A stretch of 63,621 bases of DNA, filler included, from Neoconidiobolus thromboides FSU 785 (lineage: Eukaryota > Fungi > Entomophthoromycota), in assembly GCA_025603075.1 (NCBI GenBank). It is 7 parts of 7 records of this genome, joined end to end, with 100 filler letters (N's around TTAATTAATTAA, not from the genome) between each part and the next. Parts side by side here need not be neighbours in the genome. Positions count along the whole stretch, not along the records: positions 28,525 to 59,012 come from MU626484.1; positions 59,113 to 60,476 come from MU626984.1; positions 60,577 to 62,285 come from MU626926.1; 4 more parts are not named here. The stretch is one strand, 5' to 3'. Both the position numbers and the translations under genes were made by a program. The first letter of the stretch is position 1, and each line of letters opens with the position of its first letter. Below, piece by piece: positions 49,359 through 60,896 of the stretch. A model generated the notes under the pieces. It was not told the origin of the DNA. It made no database searches and saw nothing but the letters and a program-made list of their open reading frames with translations.

Positions 49359-49712
49359 TAGTTTTGGTATTATTTTATTAAATAAAATTAATGTTTATGA
49401 CTTTTATTAAGTTTACTTAATATAAAATACAAAAAAGTATTTAAATATAAAGTTAAAAAAGCATTGGACTATGAGAAGCAGCTTATTTTAAAAAATTTTA
49501 GATATTCAAACTATAATAATGAGGTATTTTTATAAACATTAAAATTAAAGCACTAATTGTCATGAAATTCTATAGAAAAACAAGAAAATACAACATACGT
49601 TCGGATAACATCATTTCAATAAGTTTTAACATTATTTATTTCAATAATTAAGTTTTAGTAATTTACAAAAACCACCAAAATATTAAAGCCGCTATTAATT
49701 AACTTTTAACTC

Positions 49713-50444
49713 TTAATATCTGCTACAATCAATCACATAATCATCATCACACTTCTCCCCTGCTGCAAAATTCTGAGTCCAGTATAGGTCCTTCTCACCC
49801 CATCCAAAGCACTCAAACTCACCAATGATATTCTTATAATGTCCCTCTGATTTCTTCCATGCTTGTACTACCTTTTCAACGTTTTTTTGATTCCAAGCTA
49901 CGTTTTCTGCTCCAGTGTAAGCTCTGAAGCCTTCATTTTTAATACGATCAAAAAAGAATTTTACTTTGGTGCCATCATGAGACATCTTCTTATGCTCAGC
50001 TTGATCTTCACTGTGCTTTTGAGATGATTTCATTAAACGTGAGTCCAACTTCAATGGCTTTTTGCTTACTTCTGAACGTATCTTGTTTACTAAGCATAAC
50101 ATTTCAGCGCTCCTTTCATCAGGCTGATCACTTGGATTGTTTCCAGTTGGCTGGGATTGGGATGAGGTTTCAGTTGGCTTAGGTTGAGAGGAACTCATAG
50201 TAGATTTCTTAGCTGGTTCGGAATGAGTAGTTACCGACTTGGATTTATCGGTACATTTATAAATGGTGGTTTCAGCAATGTTTGTAACTGTTTTAGTAGC
50301 TAAATATTTGGTGATATAAACGGATTTGGTTACAGTAACTGCATCAGTGACACCTGATTTAGCAGAACCAGTAATAGCTTCACCAGTAACTAAGCTGATG
50401 ACTTGGAGAGTAAATAAAGATAATAAAGGATTATAAAATTTCAT
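49713..50444 (-). CDS. Secreted CAP (SCP/PR-1) domain protein with Thr/Ser-rich linker
   Basis: Signal peptide, LVNKIR, SQKHSEDQ, MSHDG, AENVA, WKKSEGHYKNI and YWTQNF. Confidence 0.9.
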   Translation of the reverse strand: MKFYNPLLSLFTLQVISLVTGEAITGSAKSGVTDAVTVTKSVYITKYLATKTVTNIAETTIYKCTDKSKSVTTHSEPAKKSTMSSSQPKPTETSSQSQPTGNNPSDQPDERSAEMLCLVNKIRSEVSKKPLKLDSRLMKSSQKHSEDQAEHKKMSHDGTKVKFFFDRIKNEGFRAYTGAENVAWNQKNVEKVVQAWKKSEGHYKNIIGEFECFGWGEKDLYWTQNFAAGEKCDDDYVIDCSRY

Positions 50445-52370
50445 AATTAATATTAGATAAGTTAATGTTATTAAAATTGGATATCATTTGTATTCTATTT
50501 ATACTTTGATTTTCCAGTAGATTCTTATGTTTTTTGTAAAGTAGAATGCTAGTCACACATATATTATAACTTAATTAGTTTATTAAACTGTTAGATAATA
50601 ACTAATGATTTTAATAGCTGATTATGCAGCTATAAATCATTCTACTTCGCACGATTAGAACATAATAAATAAAACTATAACTACAACTATATCCTATTTC
50701 AATACGAAGTATAATATACATTCTACTATATACCCAACTTTTAAAGCATTAGTTCTCTCTATAACCTCATTTCTAACACAATAGAAATAAAAAGTTTTAA
50801 CGCTAAAGCATATAAATAATATCTTTACTTTATCCTTCATTAATATGAAATATGTATTTATTCTAAAAAGCCTGACCCTAATACACTAGTTCGCTTTACT
50901 GAGATCATAAGCCGTTTTCGATAAAAATTCCAAACTCTAATCTAAATAAAAGTTAATGAACAAGTACCCAGTAATGTCAATTATCTCACAAAACATTATC
51001 TTAAAATCGTACCAAATTAATTTCTAGGTTTTAAGCCTAGTTTATCCTATTTCCATTAAATTAATAAAATGGCTGAAGCTAGTTAAATGCCAACCTAAAA
51101 GCTTTAATGAAACTTGTAATATTTTACAATACACTTGAAGTCACGATAATTTACACATACCCTTTATATCATATATTATGGTACCATAACACACAATTTG
51201 TAAACACACCTTTATATTTTAGGTTGGACTATTCGCAATGTAAAATGATATAGTTTTTGCTAGATTTAAATTAAAAAATAAGAATTACCCTCATCATAAT
51301 ATCACATTATTATAAAATCCAAACAATTTTGATATTGAATTTTGACAATACTAATCTTTAAGCTGAGAATGTGTTATTTTGATAGACATTGGTTGTTTGA
51401 TTTAAAACTTTGGATAGTAGTTTATGTAATTTTTATTAGCGTTTATCGTTTTGTTAGCGATAAAGAATATGTATAAAATTTTAATATTTGTTACTGTTTT
51501 GTGAGTTGCTTTAAAAGTTGGATGTTTTTTAATCTTACAGGTTGCCTTGAAACCCCCTTGTGGAAATAATGTTTATATTTACTTTAATAAGATGTATTGT
51601 TGTAACTAATAAATCACTTAAGGACCTATGGTCTTCCAAGAATTTAGTAAGTATCACTACGAAAAATGGCTTTCGGACATAATACATACTTAATCTTCCG
51701 TTTTCAAATTTTGGGCTTTAATTATAGCTGTAAAATTTTCTTTAGTAGATATTAGTAAATTCTGCTGGTTAATATGGAATATTCTTTTTATGAATATATT
51801 AATATTTTTATTGAATTATATTGCTTATACCAAGGCTAAAATATTGACTTTAAGAAAATGAGTTCAAATATTTGACCCTGTACCCTGAAATACTTTATTT
51901 TCATAACATTTCTAGTAGTGTATCAATTGACAATAAACACAGGAATTACACATGTTGCAGAATACCTAATAATAGCAGAAAAATAGCTTTATTCAAGTTA
52001 ATAAGCTTATTAAATTTAAATTTTTCACAAACCATTATTAAATTAACAGCACTGAATTTTGCAAAAGTCTGTAGATTACTAAAAAAAAGGGTAATTCATG
52101 CAATTTTCGATAAGACAGAAGCACAAATTACCTCAACAAATTAATTAAATTCATAAGGATATGGGGCAATAAAGTAGCTTTTATTTGCTCATAAGTATGG
52201 TATATTAAGAAAAGAGTCCTAGCTTACTAGTTAAAAACTATGTGATTGAACAAAAGCAGTCACAAAGAGTCCTAGGCTCAATTCGGAGCTATACCAGATA
52301 GCATAAATACCACCTTTACAGCCCTTTACATTTCAGAACTAAAACAATCTAAAGTTTAATTTACTTTATC

Positions 52371-53171
52371 ATGAAATTCCTCACATATCTCCTTCCATTA
52401 GTCGCCCTCTATGTTGCAGCTGAAAGTAATACTATTACTAACCAAATGGAGATAAAAGTAAAAGGCCGTTATAATAGACCAAATAATGGAAATCCAGATT
52501 ATAATAATCCTCAAACAGTAACAGCAATTAAGTATCAACCTGCAGGTTATGTTACTATAACAAAATTGGAAATCAAAACCCTTACAAAAACAGTAATGGT
52601 GGATCAGTGTACTAAAACTATTAGTGGTAGCAAACCTAGACCAACATAAGAGAAGCCTAAACTAACAGAAACGAAACTTAAGCCTGTCCCTACAGACTCT
52701 TATCCAAATAACATTTCTGAAAGAACTGTTGAGATGCTTTGCAGGGTAAACACTTTACGCAAAAAAGTTGGGAAGAAACCTGTAAAAGTGGACTTACGCC
52801 TAATGCAATCATCTCAAAAACACAGTGAAGATCAAGCCAGAAATAGACAAATGTCACATGATGGAATTAAGACCAAATTTTTCGGGGACCAAATTAGAGC
52901 AGAGGGATACAGAGCTTTAGCCGCTTCAGAAAATGTAGCATTTAATCAGCGATCCATTGTGTATGTTATGAATTCATGGAGAAAGTCATTAGGTCATTAT
53001 ATAAATATTATTGAGGATTTTGAGTGCCTTGGATGGGGTGAGAAGGACTTTTATTGGACCCAGAATTTTGCCTCAGGATCTGAGTGTACAGAGGCCACTC
53101 TCCCAAATTGTAAAGTTTACTCTTCATTTGATAGTCGCACTATGAGAACAGGGTATAGCTATGTACTTTAG
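52371..53171 (+). pseudogene. CAP domain paralog with one in-frame TAA (pseudogene or sequence error)
   Basis: ORFs 52371-52649 and 52734-53171 are in the same frame, linked by 28 sense codons after TAA at 52647-52649; the CAP domain closely matches 49713-50444. Confidence 0.75.
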
Positions 53172-54003
53172 TTTTAAATTTTAACATTATACTACAAATA
53201 AATAAAACAATTATAAAAAGTTGATATGATATTTTAATTTGTCTTTTCAATTTATTTTTTTAAACGAAGTACCATAAATGCATGGAATGTATTAACTGTT
53301 TCTCAACCATTATGTTAGTTAGACGCAGTAAACTAATAGATATTACACTAAATTAATATAGAAACTTTGAAAAATTAATTTAGTGGTGTTTAAAAAGTGA
53401 AAATCTAATACAGATTACAATCGTAAGATAAACATTTTAGTTTCTAACCATTTTAAAAATATAATGTATTTCTGCTTAAAATATGTTAGCTACATCTTAC
53501 TTTTTATACAAACTAACTATCCTCTTTCTTTGAGAACAATATCTTAATATACCCCCCTCTGTAATGTTCTTTTAATAGACTTATATTAATAATGATTGGC
53601 TAAAAGTGTGAAATGGGTTTTGTAATTAATTATTATAATTGATCAGAATATAGTTGTTAAATTTAAGGAGAATTTGATAACTAATTGAAGGATGATGCTG
53701 TTATTTACAATAAACATAGATTAAGTTTAATCCTATACTTCTCAGCATCAAATAGCAATAAAAACATATTATATTACAAAATAATATCAGTGCTTTTACT
53801 TTCAATATCACAATAAATGCTAATAATGTTCATACTTTGAATTTGTTCCATTAAAGAGAATTCTTTAATTTATTTTGAACCTGGAATTAGAAACAAAAAA
53901 TAGATTTGATTGGCAGAGTATTACGGAAGATATTGTATGGATGGGCGGTAACAAAAAGTAAGTTTATTTCACTTTGACTCTACAAAATTAATTTTATTTT
54001 AAA

Positions 54004-55081
54004 ATGGGAAAAAAGAACAATAACACATATAATCATTTTGAGTTAACTGCATTAAAATACAAGGGTACTGTTATCCCTCACGTACTTCCAAAGGTGATCT
54101 TTTTTGGTCTTTACACTGCCTTTCTTGTTTGTATTAATGAGTTAATCACTTCTGTTAATATTAGTATCCCTTTAACTTTAAGTTCAATTTTAAATTCTTC
54201 AATCTCTTTATTACTAGTATTTCGTACTAACACCGCCTATGATCGTTATTGGGAGGGAAGAAAGTTATGGAGTACAATGACCACAGCGATCCGTAACTTA
54301 GTAAGAATTCTTTTGGTAAATGTACCAACGAATAATGACCAAGAGTATTTGGAAAAAATGAGTGTAATGGATTTGTTGATTGCGTATCCAATTTCAGTCA
54401 AACATTATCTTAGAGAAGAACATGGTTCTGACTATTCGGATATGAGGGAGCGCCTTAAGTATATTCCTGAATATTCTATTCCATCTGCATTAAACTCAAG
54501 CGGTAATCAAGCTCGTCGTTCAATTAATTTGGACAAAGGAACTAATCTTCCTTTGGATATCAAAATGTATTTATCTTCATTTATTAAGCATCAGCAAGAC
54601 CTTGGAAATTTATCCGTTCCAGTAGCTACCCAGTTGCTAAATAATCTAACTATTTTAGTAGACTGTTTAAATGGATTTGAACGTATTTTAAGAACCCCTA
54701 TTCCACTTGCTTATTCTATCCACCTTTCACAAATTGTTTGGGCCTATTGCTTATTTTTACCCTTCCAGTTGATGGGTACCCCAGCACGCGTAGTTGGTAG
54801 TGCAGTGATAAAAGGGTATTCCTGGGGTACTATCCCAGTTATGTGTATGTTAACTTTTACTTTTTTTGGTGTTATTAATATTGGTGAAGAGATTGGTAAG
54901 TTTTATTTTATTACAATTTTTTAAATAACTCTATATTGTAATTTTATTTTTAATAGAAAATCCATTTGGTTATGATCGTAATGACTTACCTTTAGATGAT
55001 TTCTGTAACATTTTGGAAGAAGAGATCTTGTCTTTAGCCAAATACAAACCACCAAAAGTTTCTTCATGGTTAGTTAAATAA
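54004..55081 (+). CDS. Bestrophin/UPF0187 anion channel, 2 exons
   Basis: SLLLVFRTNTAYDRYWEGRKLW, ERILRTPIPLAY and IGEEI|ENPFGYDRNDLPLD. Confidence 0.93.
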
Positions 55082-55148
55082 AAGTTAATATTCGTATTCT
55101 GAAATCATTAACATATTTTGATTTATGAATTCAATAATATTTTATTTT

Positions 55149-56990
55149 TTAAAATAAGTTATGAACTAACTGAGAAAGGGAATCCTTATTATATAAGATA
55201 TACTTTGAAGGGTTCTTTGAAAAATCAGTTGAGATAAAGCGTTCTTGGTTTCTAGAATAAATTGGTAACAAAATCTTCAAAATTTGATCAATTAATTTTT
55301 GCTTTAATTCAGGATCACTGATAGTATAAGCCTTATGTTGTTTGACAATTTCTTCTATATTCTGATTGAAATTTTTGAATTTGTCTTTGATATTACTACG
55401 CTCGCTACTACTTAGACTCGAGTTAGAATTCAAATTAATTCGTGTTAAATTGGTATCAGTTAAGCATTCTAAACAAGATTTCCAAGATTCATGATACTGA
55501 TCCATTGAGCGTTTCAATGTCTTTTCCATAAATTGTAATTTATTTTCATGGATATATTTATTCAAATTATTCACATTCAATGACTTTTGAAGATAAAAAA
55601 TATTATTCATCAGAAAAATTGCCCTTAAAGTAGAGTTCTTATAGCCCTTAGATTTTGCTTCAACGTATTGCAAAAGAGAATCCATAACATTGGTGAAATA
55701 CTTCATGCTCAGAGTTTCATATTCATAATTGTCTTCCGTCTTTACGCAAGAATGAGCTCTCCCCAACGTCTTGAGATTACTTTCTACAGTATTTGGATAT
55801 TCTAAAATTCTCTTTATGAAATTCAATGCACTGGAAGCCATCTCATGAACAGTACCATCTTGAGATAGAGTAGTTTGGTTTTTAATTCCTCCACGAATAT
55901 CCTCCAAAAACGCGGGTAAAGATTTCATTAATGTCTTTGTTATATTTTGAATCAAATCTTGGAAATTGTTTTCATTTAACCCAGCTTTAGAATAAATACC
56001 TAAAATATCATTCTGATAAAACAGTAAATTTTCTAATATATCATATAATAAAAAGATTTCATTATGTAAATCTTTTTTGGCATAAGCAAAAAGTTGTTCT
56101 CCAGTTTCAACGTATTTACTTAAGCTAGTATTAATGCTTTCACCATACTCATTGCTAAACTCGCCAGATTTAAGTAATCTTTTCAAATTCATCTCTTCTT
56201 GTTGTAATAAATTAATCAGATCTCGTGTATATGGAATATAAGGGCATGTTCCTTTTTGATAAGTAGATCCTTGACTAACTTGCTCTTTTGAACTAGGATT
56301 ACACTTTCTGATATGTGACTGCATACAATCCAACAGCAATTTATTACGCGACTCAGATAAAACTCTCAACAAGTTCCCACTTTGTTTTAAATTTAAGTCG
56401 ATTTCTACCTTGTTTGTATACTCAATAATTTCCAACAACTGACTTAAACTATCCTCTTTAATGTCTAATATTTGCTCAAAGGACTCGCCTTCAACCATCT
56501 GGCTTTGATCCTGTAATATATTTTTGAAACTTTGTAACAAATGTTGTAAAACTGCTTTGAGCACTTGGTTGACTTGTCCCTGTGCCTTTATGGAATGTTT
56601 CAGTTTGCTTTTCTCTAAATAGGACCTAGCTTCTCGCATACTATCGACTGCTTTCAAATAAGATTTCAAATCTTGTTTTGGACCTGCTAATAAAATTGGT
56701 TCTTGTTGTTGAGCTATATCCATTTGCTGTATAGTACTCGTTAAACTATGAACTGTTACTTCTACATTTTCATTAAATCTTTTCAACTTTTGAGTAAGCT
56801 CATGTATTGGCAATATACTTGTCTCTAGCTTGGTCAATCTATCGTCAAAGTTTCCCAACATTTGGTAAGCCTTTATACTCTTTTCATTGTTCAATTTTAA
56901 GTGGCTTTTCAATGTCTCTAATTGATTGGTCTCTTGTTCGATTTTATATGCTAGCTCTCGGTTAGTTTGAAATAAATTGCTGTTCTCCAT
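55149..56990 (-). CDS. EXO70: Exocyst subunit Exo70
   Basis: N-terminal coiled coil (DDRLTKLETSILPIH), DGTVHEM, IFLMNNI, IKDKFKNFN and YTISDPELK...YSR. Confidence 0.93.
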   Translation of the reverse strand: MENSNLFQTNRELAYKIEQETNQLETLKSHLKLNNEKSIKAYQMLGNFDDRLTKLETSILPIHELTQKLKRFNENVEVTVHSLTSTIQQMDIAQQQEPILLAGPKQDLKSYLKAVDSMREARSYLEKSKLKHSIKAQGQVNQVLKAVLQHLLQSFKNILQDQSQMVEGESFEQILDIKEDSLSQLLEIIEYTNKVEIDLNLKQSGNLLRVLSESRNKLLLDCMQSHIRKCNPSSKEQVSQGSTYQKGTCPYIPYTRDLINLLQQEEMNLKRLLKSGEFSNEYGESINTSLSKYVETGEQLFAYAKKDLHNEIFLLYDILENLLFYQNDILGIYSKAGLNENNFQDLIQNITKTLMKSLPAFLEDIRGGIKNQTTLSQDGTVHEMASSALNFIKRILEYPNTVESNLKTLGRAHSCVKTEDNYEYETLSMKYFTNVMDSLLQYVEAKSKGYKNSTLRAIFLMNNIFYLQKSLNVNNLNKYIHENKLQFMEKTLKRSMDQYHESWKSCLECLTDTNLTRINLNSNSSLSSSERSNIKDKFKNFNQNIEEIVKQHKAYTISDPELKQKLIDQILKILLPIYSRNQERFISTDFSKNPSKYILYNKDSLSQLVHNLF

Positions 56991-57116
56991 TAAAACAAAA
57001 TGATGAATTCAAAAAAGTGCCATTTTGTATATTTTTTTGATTTGTTGAAAAACGATCCAATAAGTTGTTGTTTTCGAAATGATTATTGCCTACTGAAAAT
57101 TTTTCATCAGACTAGG

Positions 57117-57222
57117 ATATGGGAGTGTTTTTTTTGACTTCATTATTTTTTCCATTTTTAAGCGCTATTTAAGCGGAAAAATTGCTAGTAAAATTCTTAA
57201 ATACAAAAATACATCCCCATAT
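57117..57222 (-). mobile_element. MITE copy
   Basis: Near-consensus copy, ~130 bp upstream of the EXO70 ATG. Confidence 0.85.
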
Positions 57223-57252
57223 GAAGTTTACAAAAATTGCTCAGATAAACCT

Positions 57253-57350
57253 ATTTGGAGATGTTTTTTGATTTCATTGCTTTTTCCATCTTTTAAGCGC
57301 TATTTGAATGAAAAGATTGTTGAAGTTAAACAAAAGAATACATCCCATTT
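57253..57350 (-). mobile_element. Diverged MITE copy
   Basis: Consensus match with a small deletion. Confidence 0.75.
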
Positions 57351-57393
57351 ATTAGAATTGAGGATAAACCCATTTTAACCTACTTTAGATGTT

Positions 57394-57527
57394 AATGTAT
57401 CTCTGAATAAAACGGAACTTATGATAAAAAGGCACTAACTAATCAAACTATCAATACTTTTCTATAGGCTGATTTAATTAGTTGGTGTCTTTTTATCGTA
57501 AGCTCCGTTTTATTGAGAGATACATTA
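57394..57527. repeat. ~50-bp-arm inverted repeat (hairpin/foldback)
   Basis: AATGTATCTCTGAATAAAACGG...CTAAT pairs with ATTAG...CCGTTTTATTGAGAGATACATT; 5 mismatches in 50. Confidence 0.8.
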
Positions 57528-58195
57528 GTTGAAATGCTATATAGAGGCTTTATATTCAATGCTTTATAAGCAAACTCGTTTCAATGGAATGATTAAAAAA
57601 GTAGAAAGGAAATGAATTTTAATGTTGGCAGCTTTGTTAATCGTTTTTCGCTCTATTCCTTATGAAGTTTTATTAAGACGTTCGTTTAAGTTTAATCAAG
57701 TTCAAAAGTTGTTACTTTCGAAATTCAACTAAGGCTAATAAATTATTAAAATTCACCTTTTTAAAATATATAATAAAATGTAAAGTACTTTAGAATATAC
57801 TGGTATCTTTATAAATACGATAATATTCTACAGTTCTTCCAGTCATAATTATATTGTTTCTACTTTAGGCAACCATATTACTATACTAGAAGAGGTATTG
57901 ATTAATCACTCCTCAAAAACTGATTTTTTTAGTAAAATACAAAGAAGTAATTAATTTAATAAAATCTTGATATGCTTTACTAAATAAATCATTTTTTGGG
58001 AGTAGTTATCTGAAATCTTTCCTAGTGTATTATATCCTTCACTCAAAGTACCTATGATTGGCTAAATTCAGATTTTTTTTTCATACTTTAATCCAATCAT
58101 TTCATATTTTTTGACGTTTTCATATAAAAATCTGAGTATGATATTTTTTTGTCAGAGTACAAAAAATAATTTCATCATTAAAGTTGTCAAGTAAG

Positions 58196-59012
58196 ATGAG
58201 TGAGTCTAAAGTTCGGAACATGCCAACTGGTGGTACTAAAGCTATTCCAACATCTAAGGTAAGCATGAAAGAAATGGGAGGCTATAAACTTGGCGATTTA
58301 GTTTATGTCTTGGGCATGAGGTGTACTATTCGTTGGCTAGGTGAAACTGAGTTTAAAGAAGGAGAATGGGTTGGTGTTGAACTGTTTTTACCCAAAGGTA
58401 GGAACGATGGTACGGTTCAGGGAAAGAGATACTTCGACTGTAAGCCAAACTGTGGTATGTTCACCCGTATTGAAATCGTGAGCAAGACCCCTAAATCAAT
58501 ACGTGAGCTCAAAAAGTTAGCTAAAAAAAGCCCAACAACTGATGAAAAGCCGATTGTTGATGTCGATGCTAATGCCGATGCTGATGCCGATGTCAAATCT
58601 CCAAAGGAAGATGAAATAAAAGACTTTGCTCCAATAAATATGGACTTTAAGGAGGGTGAGCCTGTACCATATTCAGAAGTCCAAGAATTGTGTGCCAGGA
58701 TCAAACATTTGGAAGCTGCAAGGGCCAAAGATCGTGAAAATAGTTCCATAACTGAGAAGGATATTGAAAATGCAAAAAAATTCAATGCAATTTATCCAAG
58801 ATTAAACGCCCAGTTTAAGCAAAGGCTTGAAGAAAATACAAAACTTAAAAGTGACAAGGAAGCTCTTGAGTCCGAATTAAAATACATTAAAGAGGAAAGA
58901 GAGATGGATCTTGGACTTATTAAACAGCTTGAGGATGCATTGGATGAATCACAAGAAGTAATTAAAAATTATGAACAGAAGCTCATGTCCATGAATGATG
59001 ATAATGAGTTCA
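58196..59012 (+). CDS. CAP-Gly plus coiled-coil protein, dynactin p150/NIP100-like (3' truncated by gap)
   Basis: IRWLGETEFKEGEWVGVELFLPKGRNDGTVQGKRYFDCKPNCGMF CAP-Gly domain; ELCARIKHLEAARAKDRE resembles the start of the p150 coiled coil. Confidence 0.8.
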
Positions 59013-59112
59013 NNNNNNNNNNNNNNNNNNNNNNNNNNNNNNNNNNNNNNNNNNNNTTAATTAATTAANNNNNNNNNNNNNNNNNNNNNNNNNNNNNNNN
59101 NNNNNNNNNNNN
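59013..59112. other. Assembly linker gap
   Basis: 44N-TTAATTAATTAA-44N. Confidence 0.97.
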
Positions 59113-59414
59113 AACACAACGCTGGAATCAATCTTTTGTAAATTGAGCTCCAAGTTACGTAAATAAACCCGATGCCATGGTAAAAACGCTGGTACTCCAT
59201 GAGCGTACTCAGCATTATCTAGATGAATAGCTGAACTTTGTGCATACAAATCTCGGCCCCTGTAATTCCTCAAAGTAGTTAATGCACGTATGAATCTATT
59301 CAGTTGAGATTTATTTAATTCTCGTATTTCGGGTCGACGTACCAATCGTTGGCATCGTTGGGATTCAACTATATTAATCAATAATATAGAAAATAAGAAG
59401 ATTAGCTTTAACAT
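59113..59414 (-). CDS. Secreted tyrosinase / di-copper protein, N-terminal part (truncated by gap)
   Basis: Signal peptide, RPEIRELNKSQLNRFIRAL, H...AHGVPAFLPWHRVYL CuA motif. Confidence 0.9.
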
Positions 59415-60171
59415 TATGTGAATAGTAAATTAAGTAAGAATTAAAGTGAATTGTAAGTAGGAAAATGTTTTTTATTTATATAGTTATCTTTTAAACTAAA
59501 AACATAGAAAACCTATTTTTAGATAACAGTTATCCTCTCTTTTGTAGAACCAAAATCATACCCTTAACATATATTCTTTAGTTAATAGTGCTATTAATAT
59601 TTATCTCTTTGAAATTGATTGATAAATTAAGAACATAAATTATTTTACTAGTTTATGAACACCTAATTCAATTAGCAATTTAATTGTTTAAGAATGGTTC
59701 ACATTTATTCTCAAAGCTAGAATCAAAATTTATCTTATAATAGTAGTTTCAATTATCTTCTTTCCTATTGAAATATATTAATTAATTGTAATTTTATTTA
59801 TATCTATATCCCAAATTATTTTAGTTCTATTTTTAAAATGATCCATTATTGCTATCTTTTTATTATGTGTAATAGATTGAGTACAGATGACTATAGTAAA
59901 CAAAGCCAAAATTTTATTATAAATCAACACACTTCTACTCCTACTGTTTAACGTATTAATTGGAGATTATAATAACCATAATCACAGTCACATAATCGTA
60001 ACAATCCCAATTTGATATTTTATTCAAAAACCCAATATCTGGTTTAAATTTAATTGTGAGGTAAAGACAAATTATTCGATTTATAAAATATATAAGAATA
60101 GATACTAATGCCTAACACTATACAATATAAAAACTTTACACTGTATGCTTTTATGGTATATTTATTTTAAT

Positions 60172-60277
60172 ATATGAGAGTGTTTTTTTTGACTTCATTA
60201 TCTTTTCCATTTTTAAGTGTTATTTGAGTGGAAAATTTATTAGTAAAACTCTTAAACATAAAAATACATCCCCATAT
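60172..60277 (-). mobile_element. MITE copy
   Basis: Consensus match; shares ATAT with the next copy. Confidence 0.85.
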
Positions 60278-60378
60278 GGAGATGTATTTTTATGTTTAAG
60301 AGTTTTACTAATAAATTTTCTGCTCAAATAGCGCTTGGGAAAGGAAAAGTAATGAAATCAAAAAAAACACCCCCATAT
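60274..60378 (+). mobile_element. MITE copy
   Basis: Consensus match. Confidence 0.85.
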
Positions 60379-60476
60379 AGAATTAAAATCTCTTTAAATC
60401 AAAAGGCACATATGTCTTATCTTTATAAATAAATAAAATCAAAGTCATTAATTTTTTAATAGTAACTTTTTGTAAT

Positions 60477-60576
60477 NNNNNNNNNNNNNNNNNNNNNNNN
60501 NNNNNNNNNNNNNNNNNNNNTTAATTAATTAANNNNNNNNNNNNNNNNNNNNNNNNNNNNNNNNNNNNNNNNNNNN
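60477..60576. other. Assembly linker gap
   Basis: 44N-TTAATTAATTAA-44N. Confidence 0.97.
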
Positions 60577-60896
60577 TGACTTCGTTCTAATTCATTCATT
60601 CTATTATTATGTTTGTTGTTATCTATTTGATTATATAATATAGAGCAATATATATAAAATAATATTTCTATTACATTATAAATGCTTAATATTAATTTAA
60701 AATTACTTGTTATACCACCAGTAAACATTATATAAATTAAACTCAATACACATAATGGTACGTAAAGCTTTAAGAAAATAGTTATTGATAATTTAATAGT
60801 ATATAATAGTAGAACATCAAAAGGGAAAGGTTTACTAATGGAAATGTTATTAGGAAATAGAACATTGTTAATTCTCTTTGATAAAAATTGTGACAT
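60577..60896 (-). CDS. N-terminal fragment of an unknown membrane protein (truncated by gap)
   Basis: Open frame with two hydrophobic segments ending IEILFYIY and running into the gap; may be the N-terminus of a membrane-anchored alpha/beta hydrolase (weak). Confidence 0.5.

Noticed and set aside
52647-52649. Alternative genetic code (TAA reassigned)
   Set aside because: TAA terminates many clear genes in the window (QDPR, COQ6, EXO70, GH31)
25872-56990. Ral and EXO70 in the same window as a functional cluster
   Set aside because: They are 29 kb apart and separated by a linker gap. The known Ral effectors are Sec5 and Exo84, not Exo70.
58196-59414. Apparent convergent overlap or fusion of the CAP-Gly gene and tyrosinase
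   Set aside because: Both are truncated at a nominal 100-bp gap. The true gap is larger or the contigs are not neighbours.
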